From Macrostomum lignano (Eukaryota): a DNA stretch of 64,000 nt. Of this stretch, positions 54,501 through 64,000 are shown piece by piece (positions within the stretch are counted from its first letter, which is position 1; the number at the start of each line of letters is the position of its first letter). The stretch lies in NCBI GenBank assembly GCA_002269645.1, contig NIVC01003567.1, forward strand, positions 1 through 64,000. Reading direction: 5' to 3'. Under the pieces are notes generated by a model, which saw only the letters and a list, made by a program, of their open reading frames with translations, was not told the DNA's origin and made no database searches. A program made the translations under genes and the position numbers.

Positions 54501-56898
54501 TGTACTGGATGGTCAATGACCCACGAGCCTGCAGATTCCACAATTCGCACTCCACATCCGAATGCGGATCCTCGCACTCGTCGCCATGGAAACACTCGCC
54601 GAACGTGGCCTGATTTGAGCACAGCTCGTACACGTAGCTGTAGCCGAGATCGACTTCTTTCGGCATTCGAACCACATACCAGGTGGTTTCTTTTAAGAGG
54701 CGGGCAATGAGGCAATCGCGGGAGCAAGTCTCGCAGGGGGCATCTGCTCGATTGCCATTGTCATCCACGCAGTTGGCGCAGGCCAGGTCGAATGCGAACT
54801 TGCTGAGTTCGGCAGCTGAATTGTCCTGCTGCTGGCAGGAATAATAGCTGGAAGAAGTGGCAGATACTGAGGCAGAGGCGGCAATCGGAGCCGAAGAAGA
54901 CATCGAGCCGGAAGCATATGCTGGCGCATTCGCCGATACGGAAGCAGAAAACTGGGCGCTGTTGCTGCTGTTGCTTTTGCTGGCCTTTGCGTACTGTTGT
55001 GTAATGGGTGGTGGCGGCGGTGGTGGAGGAGGCGGATGCAGCTCAGCAGCGGACTGACTGGTTGGTGGAGCATCAACCGGAGACCTGGTGACCTGGTTGG
55101 CGGTCCAGCTGAACAGAGCTCCGATTGGGGGCAAATGAGGCTGCTGCTGAACAACTTTCGGTGGGATTTCGGCAGTCATTAAAGGCTTGACTGGTGCTGG
55201 CTCGGCAGGCTTTCGCTGCTGTTTAGGCGTTTCGCCATTGTGTTTAGCGATGAACCCGGCAACCGTGAATGCGTCCATATAGTTTTTGTCGAAATTCCAC
55301 AGCTCTGTTTCAATTTCGGAATGCCCGAAGGTGCAGTTCTCGCGGCAAGGATAGCCCCCCTTGGATTTGTAGCATCGATAATAATTACCGGTATAACCCG
55401 GACGAGCTACCCGTGGTCGAATCAGTTTCCACAGAGTTTCACCAGGCTCCTTGGCAAACAGCTGGTTTCGTGGACAATTGTGCTTCTGTGGCTTGGTCGC
55501 AATTTCATAATCATATATCCGACCATCGGCAGGCTTCGAACAGTCGGAGCACGCCAAGCAGAGATCCCACTTGGCTAGGAAGGGAAAATCGCCATCCTTG
55601 ATCAGTTTCAGTGGCTCGGCTGAAGAAGACTGGCCAGCGGAACCTACGCCGCCGCCGCCACTTTTTTTCCCACCAGCTGGCACAGTCTGCCACGAAGTCT
55701 CAGCCAGAGCTTGACGAAACTGCTCAGTTTCCTGCTCGTGAATTCTTGTGTCTTTCAATTTAACCGATTCTTTCTCAGCAGCAGTTGCCTGCTTGGCAAT
55801 ATTAGCCTTCTCAGACTGTTTTGTCACAGCGTTCTGCTCAGACGAATCGCTCGATTTTTGCTTGGAAGACTTCTTCTTTTTCTTATTGCCACTTTGATCC
55901 GCTTGCTGCTGCTGCTGCTTTTGGTTTTCTTTGGCTGCGGCAGCTGCTGCTTTCTTTTCGTTCTCTTTTGCTTGCCGCTCTCTTTCTAATCTCTGCTTCT
56001 CCTCTTGCTTTTGTTTTTCCTGCTTTTGCCTCTCTTTCTCTTGTCTTTGCCGCTCTTCCTGCCGCTCTTTTTCTTGCTTCTGCTTCTCAAGACGCTGCTT
56101 CTCCTGCCTCTCCATTTCTAGACGTCTTGCTTTTTCTTGTTTCTCTTTTTCAAGACGCTGCCTTTCCTTTTCTTGCCTTTCCTTTTCCAGACGCTGCTGC
56201 TCCAAACGTTGTTTCTCTTTTTCTTTCGCTTGTATCTGCTTTTTATAAGCCTCGTCTTTGTCTTTCTTTTGCTGCTGCAATTTAAGTTCCTCGGCAGTGT
56301 TGTCTTCCCTAGAAACCGAAGCCTGCTTGTGCCGGCCATTTGGAGCGGGCACGGCGACTCCGGTGGCTACTCGAACTCCGCCAGTTCCACTCTCAGTTGT
56401 TACCCGGACTTTGCGGAGCTCCGAGTCCGACCAATCCGACAGGGGGTCGTCAATCACGGAATCTTCAACGCTATCGTCATCGGAGCTGTCGCCGCAGCCA
56501 CCGTAGTGCTCAACAAGATCCTGTGAGGCGGACTTTGCCGCTTCATGTCTTGAATCTTTGGCGTCATCTTCCTGGCCTGCACGCGACGAAGCCAAGTCCC
56601 CCGACTGGTCCGGGCGTCTCTGCTGCTGCTTACTGAACTCTGCGGCAACATTCACCTCGGGTATGGAGGAGGAGGAGGTGGCCGAATCAGACCGCGCCTC
56701 GTGTCGATTGACGCTGCTGTTATAAGGCTGCGAGGCTGGCGGCGGCGGCGGGCGATATTCGGACAGGAATTCGAGCTCGTTGTCGCTATCCGCCGGTTCC
56801 AGAGCTGGCACGGACTCGCCAGTTTGGCTGCCCATCCAGCCGCTGAGGATTGGAATTAATAAATAGCGGAATAGCATTCTGCACAGGCAGAGCAGCAT
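42522..56898 (-). CDS. ZC3H7-like multi-zinc-finger protein (~1,450 aa): five Cys-rich/C3H1 modules plus a charged coiled-coil
   Basis: Exons 56898 (or ATG 56835 after acceptor 56842)-54382, 53103-52345, 52098-51826, 44774-44402, 43884 (or 43867)-43445, 42577-42522. Five copies of LxCxxC..HxC..WxxIRxP..YxxC..CxxGxxCxF(A/P)HxxxExxLWN. One phase conflict at the exon 4/5 junction. Confidence 0.82.
42630..43345. repeat. Degenerate GA-rich repeat (last intron of the ZC3H7-like gene)
   Basis: GGGAGATGAAGGGAGACT-type units. Confidence 0.8.
43990..44290. repeat. Degenerate ~45-bp repeat (intron 4 of the ZC3H7-like gene)
   Basis: Recurrent TTCTTAGAAACGAAATTAGGATTCCCAAAATTCGGATTG. Confidence 0.65.
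44850..45090. repeat. 29-30 bp minisatellite x ~7, left of the LTR element
   Basis: Unit GAATCCAAATCTACTAAATCTCACCC(TCA/TGGA). Confidence 0.88.
45214..45324. repeat. 22-bp x 5 repeat inserted in the 5' LTR next to the Tc1 left end
   Basis: Unit CATAACGCTGCTATGATCTTTA; absent from the 3' LTR. Confidence 0.9.
45325..46983 (+). mobile_element. Tc1/mariner DD34E transposon with IR/DR termini (Sleeping Beauty/Frog Prince type), 1,659 bp
   Basis: TA|CAGTTGCGAG...CTCGCAACTG|TA. ~200-bp imperfect inverted repeats with a perfect outer ~47 bp and an inner GAAAAAGTT(A/T)GTGAA direct repeat. Confidence 0.97.
45734..46756 (+). CDS. Tc1 transposase, intact, 340 aa
   Basis: Paired-like HTH N-terminus, GRPAK AT-hook, WTDETK, QDNDPKH and WPSQSPDLNIIENLW with D-34-E spacing. 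Confidence 0.97.
   Translation: MYRGKELPEHLKQLVVSAHKTGLGYKKIASQLQLSASTVRAVIHKWRRHNTVTSLPRSGRPAKISKRTARRLAQTVDSDPTVTASQLQHQLAQCGIEVHKSTVQKSLNRQGRHGRVARKKPLLSKKHRQARLKFAQQQLQQPDSYWQNVLWTDETKIELFGHISQRYVWRKPNQAFKQSNVLPTVKHGGGSIMLWGCCAASGTGNIVRIHGIMNSVMYQEILAANVRPSVRKLKLGRNWLMQQDNDPKHTSKSTQAWFQNKNVKLMDWPSQSPDLNIIENLWFDLKKAVHARRPRNLDELERFCIEEWEKIPAERCSRLIDSYRNRLRAVIAAKGGVTKY
47106..50897 (+). pseudogene. gag-pol polyprotein (2x CCHC, protease, RT, RNase H, integrase) with one in-frame TAA
   Basis: CHSCGNPGHLRNTC, CHKCGKTGHIARAC, VDSGSQV, RT YQDD, RNase H CDAS, integrase HHCC zinc finger and D,D,E (HLD..TDNG..GIVE). TAA at 48591-48593 in YRLPTLK*ILQKI; the downstream ORF stays in frame. Confidence 0.93.
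51140..51805. repeat. 31-bp minisatellite x ~21, right of the LTR element
   Basis: Unit TCTAGAAGACACCCAACCCACAAAATCTCAG. Confidence 0.94.
53166..54341. repeat. 28-bp minisatellite x ~41, copy B (intron 1 of the ZC3H7-like gene)
   Basis: Same unit and same GGCTGGCGGTGGTGAC terminus as 41319-42183. Confidence 0.95.
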
Positions 56899-59800
56899 TT
56901 CGCTGCCGAGATTTTGCTTCGAGTCTAAATAAAACTGATGCTACCAAATGCTTATAAAATGCGGCTTCTTGCCAGCTTGCTAGTCTTCGACACAACCTGA
57001 CTGGCCAAAAAAGCCAGCCAATTGGCATCGGCTCCCTGCTCTCAAACTAAAAGAGGCGGGAGGAGTAATTTTATCTGCTCTTTTTCCATTCTATCGATTT
57101 TTTGGAATTCTGTTTTTGGGTGTGGCCTCGATCATGTCCCCTTATCTGCTTTGGACTGCTTTTATTCTTTTTGGGCAGCCTGCACTGACGATAAACAGCT
57201 CAATAATGCAAAGAAATTGAAAGCCTGCCTTACCAGGACACTGACTGACTGACTGATTAGTAAATGATGCAGGGTGTGCCGCTTGGAACATATGTGGCCC
57301 ATTCCAAGTCCAATACAGCTGACTAACTGGGTAGAAAGTCAACACCCTTGTTTACAAAGGTAAATTTACAGTAAAATGAGCTTAGCATTAGGCATGAGCA
57401 GTATCTATCTTCTAAACTTTTAGAAGATAGATAGAGAAGATAAATTTTTATGTCAGATCAGATTATGAAAATTGCAGATTTTTCTACCTAATCAAGATGA
57501 CTGACTATTGCAATAAAGTAAAGCTAGTAGCCCTGTATACAATAGCCCTAAACAAGGAAATATGAAATATAATGTAACTTTTTAAAAGAAATTGTATCTT
57601 TAAGCAATTTTTATAAGACTCACAAATTTTTCATTAACTTTTAGTAACTTTTTACATGGTATTACATAGTGTAACAAGGAAACTAGATAAAATAGTATTA
57701 AAAAATAGTCAATGGCTTCTAAAAATGTTCTAAACATTAGTTGTTCCATTTGCTTTTTAATTTCTTAGACTGTTTTTACTCCTTGTTTGCTTACTTGCAG
57801 CTCATCTTTAGTTAATTAATTATTTTTATTATTATTTAGTTTTTATACTAAAATAACTAGTCAAGCATATATACTTAGCAAAACAGTTTTCTAATTTCTG
57901 TTCAGTGGCAACAATGAATAAATAAGTTATTTTATAAGAATAAAGGCAATTAATTTAAAAAGTTTAGAAGCCTTAGCTAATAGGTGTAATTAACTTACAA
58001 ATTTGTTTTAACAATAGTATCCATTAGCTACTGAAAAATGCAACTATACTAGGTCTATTTACCAATATTGGGTTGTATGCTTAGTATAGCTTGCCCCCTC
58101 AATTTTTTTATATGCACCTGGTCTCTAGATTTACATATATTGTAATTGTAAAATTATATATTAGCTGGATAAAATTGAGGTTGCATAATAGCTAATATTG
58201 TTTTTTAATAACTAGAAGTCTAGCCTAGGCTAAAAAACATTGAAATAGTATGCTTGTTCTTTATTGGAATAGGTTTCAAAAATGCATGGACATGCAACAC
58301 CTATGCAAAAAAATAGCTTGAATGTGTGACACATGGGACAAAAGTATAAAAAAGCATAGCACACATAACACTAATAATAAGATAATATAAGATAATAATA
58401 CTACTGTTTATGCTGCTCTTTAGTAAAATTATGAAGCATAATATAAAAAATGACAGATAACTAATAAAAAAACTATGGTACTCCTTTGGTTTTGCACATG
58501 CCCCATGCTTATAGCACCACCACCCATCAACCACGATGCACTGCAACATGCAATGCTACCTTCCATTGCAATGCACTACCTACTATCTTGAATCTGTATG
58601 ACATAATACCAGAAAATATTTAAAATTTGAAAGATAACTATTTTTGTTTTTTAACTTATTCCAATAGGGTGCTTATTTAATATACAAACTATTTATCATA
58701 GATACTAAATAAACTAGATAGGCTATTTAGGGTCAGGCATATATACTTGGTAAAAAAGCTTTTTACTTTAGTTTAATAACAAAGAATACAAAGGCTATTT
58801 TATAAAAAAGGCAGCAAAAATTGTTAATAAATTTACAAGTCTAAGCTTGCAAGCATAAACAATCTTCCTAATTGGTTATCCAATAATATATATTAGCTAG
58901 TCTATTAAAATACACATGGCAGTTTTGGGCTAGAATTCAAATATGCTAAGTGTCCTACCTTCTTTTTGCTATTTAATTTTAGGCCTTGATAGTACAAAAT
59001 TAAAAGTATATCAGAGTATTAAGTTAGAATATTAAAGTTTATTAGGCATAGGCTGACAACTTATAATATTGCTAAAGAATTTTTGAAAAATATTTTGTAA
59101 CAAAAATCTATCTAAAAAACTTAGCAAGGAAATGCCATTTTAGTCTATTGAACTATGCATTTCAAAGATTATTTTTAATTTTACACCTGTATCTTTGGTT
59201 CTAATAGTAAAAATAATATCAAATTCAACATTGAAATGCATTGCACATTGCTATATTTTAATATAGAATTTAGTGTAGGATTCAATATGAAATTTTCCAT
59301 AATAATCTAGTCAAAGCATTAATATATTCTAAACAAATTTAACCCTTATATTATTTTTTACATCCTATATACTAATATTCTTAAGCCTATTCAATGTGGA
59401 ATTCAATGTGGGATTTCCTGTACTAAACTCAACTTGAGCTTAGTTGAACTTAGCTTAGTTAAATAGAACTTTATATAAAATACTTAGCAAGGCATGCACC
59501 CCAAGATTGAGGCAAAAGGTTGATTAGCATGCCTAAGAATAGTAGAAGTTGAACTACCTGATTGGACACACTTGCTATTCATAACCAAGTTATATCATTA
59601 ACTAGATTGGCATGCAGCTCAACAGCTTAAATAGGCCCTAGTATCTCAGCCATTAAGAGCTTTGCTTTTGCTCTAGTTCTGACTCGACTACATTGAGACC
59701 TTGACTAACATTGAGACCACAGTAGACTACCTACTCTGAGACTGCACAATGGTCCTAACAAGACTACTTTGGAAAATTCTAGTGTGCACTTGGTTTGGTC

Positions 59801-60440
59801 AAAAAATGGCCTGCATTGGCATGCATTTAGGTATGTAGCCATAATGGCATAGCATGCTATGTTGTGGATTCATAGAATAGCTTGATGGCATAGAATGTGG
59901 TATAGCATAGGCTAATCATAGGACCTAGTGGGGCAGTGACAAGCTTTAGTTGTGGAAATACTTGGATTTAATTTATCCTGTTTGTTTTACTAGAAAAGAA
60001 AAGAAAAAAAAGATCCTTTATCATACTACATGGTGCTTCCCACAAGGCAAAAAGACTAAAAAATGCCAAAGAAACTATTATCTATATTGCACACTACAAC
60101 CTAGAGTGCCTCAGGTGTCTAAAACATACTTTTCTTAAATCTCAAGTGCACGTCTTGTCATGATATAGCCAATATAACACTTATACTATTTAAAGTGTCT
60201 TACATTCATTGTACCAAGTGTAGAAATTCAAGTTTAATTGTTTATAAGACAAAGTACAGTCAATAACTTTAAAGTAAGGGAATAGTTGAACTCAACTCAC
60301 TACCTCAAATCATGAAAAATGCCACTGATTTTGCATATTTTGCACATATGCATATCTTATGTATAATCATAACTACTCAATCAATTTACTGTGATGATGC
60401 TTACTCTAGACTTCTTTAAAGTAGTTATTTTATACATGGC

Positions 60441-60721
60441 AGTGGCTAGAGTTCCGGCACCGGAACCCATTTTCTAATGGCTACGGATCCGGCAGTGCCA
60501 TTATAATATAGATGGAACATTATATTTTTCTTTTTACAGTTGGCTGATATTGAGATTTTGTTCTAGATTAAAATTTAAGACGATATGATAAGATTTGGGA
60601 GATGCTTCTAATATTCAGACTTCTTAAGATATGTTCTTAGCAGTCTTTATATGCTTCTATACAGCACTGCCGGATCCCTAGCTACTAAAAAATGGGTTCC
60701 GGTGCCGAAACTCTAGCCATT
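60441..60721. mobile_element. MITE, ~280 bp, with ~60-bp imperfect TIRs
   Basis: GTGGCTAGAGTTCCGGCACCGGAACCC...GGATCCGGCAGTGC and its reverse complement at 60661-60721. Mismatches are mostly transitions; no clear TSD. Confidence 0.75.
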
Positions 60722-61146
60722 ACCTTTATACATTGCCATTATTTACATTACCAATGTGTACATTGCTGTACTGGCAGCCCATTCTGAAGGTGTTCTGAAC
60801 CTTCTGATGTCAGAAACCCACCAGATGCTTGGCAGAACCAGAAAAGACCTGGCACCAGGTCTGAAGAAGAAGCTTCTTAAGGTTTGACTCAAAAGTTTGT
60901 ATTTGTTACACTACACTACACTATATATATTTCCATGGTCTCCCTTTTAGTATGAGTGCATGGTCTCCCTCAGAGCTCACAAACGGAACTCTAATAGATG
61001 AGATGACCCTTTATTTAAATGTAGAGATATAACAAAGTCAGTTACAAAATCAACACAAAACAATAAAATATGACGAGTTCTGAGTATCAAGTCTTGTTCA
61101 TAAGTTTATTATCCCACAGACAAAATTAGCTTTCACTTTTAAAACG

Positions 61147-62859
61147 TGTCATCGAATTGTCTAAATTTGTCACCAAAATGTCCTAAATTGTCACCGAAAA
61201 GGCTGTCACCAAAATGTCTTGTCACTGAAAATCTGAAATGTCCAGGGACCCTTTGGCTCCCCAACAGGGGGTGTAGATTGCTAGTGTGGAACTAAACTAA
61301 AGACAAAGTTGCATAATTGCATTGCATTCATTCATATTTTTAGTTTGCCCACTATACTATACTATAGTAGGCCCTACAGTACAGTACAGTTTGAGTTTCT
61401 AATTTTTAATAGCAAATATTAATTGGATTATAAATATTTACTGTATGTTTAGATTTAGAAAGTTTAATTTTTTGTTACGAAGAAATTTGAAGTTAAAGAG
61501 ACAAAATATTAAAAAGAAAGTTGCAATTCTGCCTAAGAAAGAACTGACAAATAAATATTATTGGCCTAGCCCTGACCCTAGGCCCTAGCCTCGAGAGTCT
61601 TGGTTTTTTTGCGCAATAGCCGAAAAGCCTAACTAACTACTGAATTCACCGGCTGTTGGGTTCACCGGATTTTTAACTTTTTTTAAGGCTTAAAAATATA
61701 CATAATCAATAGCGCAAGTAAAACTAGAGATGCGCTTAGATTTTTGGCTCTGCGCGTTGCCCCTGGACATCAGGAGGGCGATTTTTGTTAATTTTTGGGG
61801 AGTGAAACCGGCGGTGAACCCAACAGCCGGTGAATTCAGTAGTTAGTAAAAGCCTAGGGGGGCCCAGACTTTCCGAAAAAACGGAAAACTAAATTAAAAA
61901 AAGGTTTTTTTAACTTATTTAAGAAATAAAAAGTAAAACTAAAATAGCTAAAATAAATTAAAGCTATACAGTTTAGTAAAAAATTAGTAGTTTTGACTTA
62001 TTAGCTTTAAAATTAATAAAATTTTGCAAGCAGTTAATATAAGTCGTAATATGTATTTTCTATTTCGGCGTATTTCGTGTGCGTTAAAAAATCCGTTGGC
62101 GTAGTACCGGGTAAATACGATCTTTACCCTGTTGTATAGGTAGGCTCTCCAGTGAGATTTAAAAAAATTTTTTTTGAAAGTATGATTTTCAAACATGACA
62201 GAGGGCATCAACAGTATTCCAAACTGGCTTCATTTATGAAAATTAATTGAATAATAAAAAAGTTATGAAGATTTTAGTGACGAGTTTTGTATTCAATTCA
62301 ATAGGAGAAAATAGTAAAAATACATTTAAAAAGCAGAACTTTTGTTGCGAAAATTAAAATTTTTGTGTTCAAATGTATTTAAATCAATGATTTTTAGTAA
62401 AAAATGTATTGGCTTTGGTGTATTTGAAAGATAATTTTGTTTTCTATGTAATTAAATTAGAATCAATCTAATTCTAGGGCCTAATATAACTTAAAGTAGC
62501 AATTTTTGTCAATTTCTGCTAATGTATAGCATAAAAAGATACATTTTTTCCTGGGAAAATTTTTAACTTTCCAGTTCCATTCTGTAGTTATGTGGTTTCC
62601 ATGCCATAATTTTTCTTATTTAGGTTAAAAACAGCTGGTACTATATTGCAAGTAAAATATTATTGAATAGGCCCAGGCTACCCAGCTCTAATGTTGTCTA
62701 TAAAAGTTTATTTTAGCATTTTTTTATTTTTTAATACAGGTTCTAGTGGGGAAAAATAGGCCTACAGGACCACATTTATAAAGGTACCAATTGTTTCAGT
62801 GACAGACATTTCGGTAACAAATAGTCGTTTCGGTGACAAGTTGCTTTTGTGATAGACAC
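61147..62859. mobile_element. Possible decayed ~1.7-kb non-autonomous DNA transposon
   Basis: Cluster of TGTCACC(G/A)AAA repeats at 61147-61230 and an inverted cluster TTTC(G/A)GTGACA at 62794-62859; termini undefined. Confidence 0.4.
61632..61847. mobile_element. Mutator-type MITE, 216 bp, 36-bp perfect TIRs, 9-bp TSD
   Basis: TIR ACTAACTACTGAATTCACCGGCTGTTGGGTTCACCG. TSD AAAAGCCTA at 61623-61631 and 61848-61856. Confidence 0.88.
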
Positions 62860-64000
62860 ATTATTTTTGATTAAAAATTAAAAATTTCATGAGTATTGAC
62901 ATTTTAATAGTAAGAGGTGCTTCATAATATTAGCTTGTAGTTATTTTGTTAAGATTTATGTTTTGTATTATATTTAAAAAATTTTATCAAAGGATTCATA
63001 TATTTAAGAAAAGAAATCAAACTAATTATATTGTTTTCTTCTTGTGCAGATAGGGATTGCAATCCCGGGATCCCAAATCCCAGGAATGTAGACAGGTTTT
63101 GGCCTGACAGGATCCTGGGATTGGAAACTTTTATGATAAAGTTGGTGATATCCAGGAAATCAAAATGTTTGTACATGTATTTTAAATACATTGCACAAGT
63201 AATATTCACGCGTCGTGATCATGAGTTGTAACATGACTCTCGATTCTCAAATTGTGACATGATATAATACAAATTATACAATACACAATACATGCAAGTC
63301 TCAAACTTGTGTTGTGTTTATGTATTCGACTACTTGTGTTACTTGTGTTATGTACATAAAAAGCATTGAAAAATGAATCATTGACGTTTGCTGGGAGTTC
63401 AACGCATTTACTGAAATTAGCCTGCATATACATGTACTTTTATAGGCTTTGGAAGGAAACAAAAGCATGCCTAACTGCCTTTGGGCATTGGACCTTGAGC
63501 CAAAGGCAATTTTTAAAACAAACTAGAGGTCGGACAAGCAGAAAATTTTGGTTAGGAGTGAAATTTTGGGAAATTTTCAAAGTCAGGCGTGATTCAAAGT
63601 CGGCCGAGTTGGCCGATCCGGCTGACCAATTTGGCGGCCAACCAAGGAAGTTGCAAAAATGCCCACCCCAAAAAATACCAAAGTAGTAGTACTAAGTAGC
63701 TGACGAGGCATTTTGATCTAATAAGACAGTCATAGTTACTTCTGCCGTTTACCCAAAGTTGCGTTAATTTTGCATTAGTTTTTTTACATGTAAGTCGCAT
63801 TTTTGACCAAAAACTACGTCGCATTTTTGTTAAAACTAAGTTGCATGGCCGACCAAATTTTGGAGGTTGCGCATGTATGATTACAAGCCTAAACTAAAGA
63901 CAAAGTTGGTATACAATGTGCTATTGCTAAAGTGCTTATAATTTTGCCATTAGAATCAATAATGAATATGTCTGCCAAATAGACTATGAAAAATAAATTG

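Overview
Eukaryotic (metazoan) genomic DNA, not prokaryotic. GC- and CpG-rich spliced exons with poly-Ala/poly-Gln tracts, minisatellite-filled introns and AT-rich spacers resemble a macrostomid flatworm such as Macrostomum lignano (inference, not verified). Genes reconstructed from GT-AG boundaries: a frameshifted isopentenyl phosphate kinase-like gene (-), an intronless multi-pass membrane protein (+), a FEM1A/C-like ankyrin gene lacking a visible first coding exon (+), a 6-exon tetraspanin (-), a 3-exon divergent forkhead gene (-) and a ~1,450-aa protein with five ZC3H7-type zinc-finger modules (-). Mobile elements: a spliced, defective THAP/P-superfamily transposon with ~117-bp TIRs, a Mag-type Gypsy element with identical LTRs carrying an intact Tc1 (DD34E, IR/DR) element inside its 5' LTR, a tRNA-derived SINE and several MITEs. 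About a quarter of the window is tandem repeat, and most long ORFs in the track are repeat artefacts. No CRISPR, rRNA or true tRNA gene was found, and no single clearly novel multi-gene system. The best leads are: (i) kilobase blocks almost devoid of CpG beside CpG-rich genes, (ii) one 28-bp minisatellite at two loci with an identical non-repeat terminus, (iii) a private minisatellite in every intron longer than ~400 bp, (iv) a Tc1 footprint plus flank-templated repeat scar, (v) an animal IPK. All coordinates, counts and copy numbers were read by eye; array edges are approximate.
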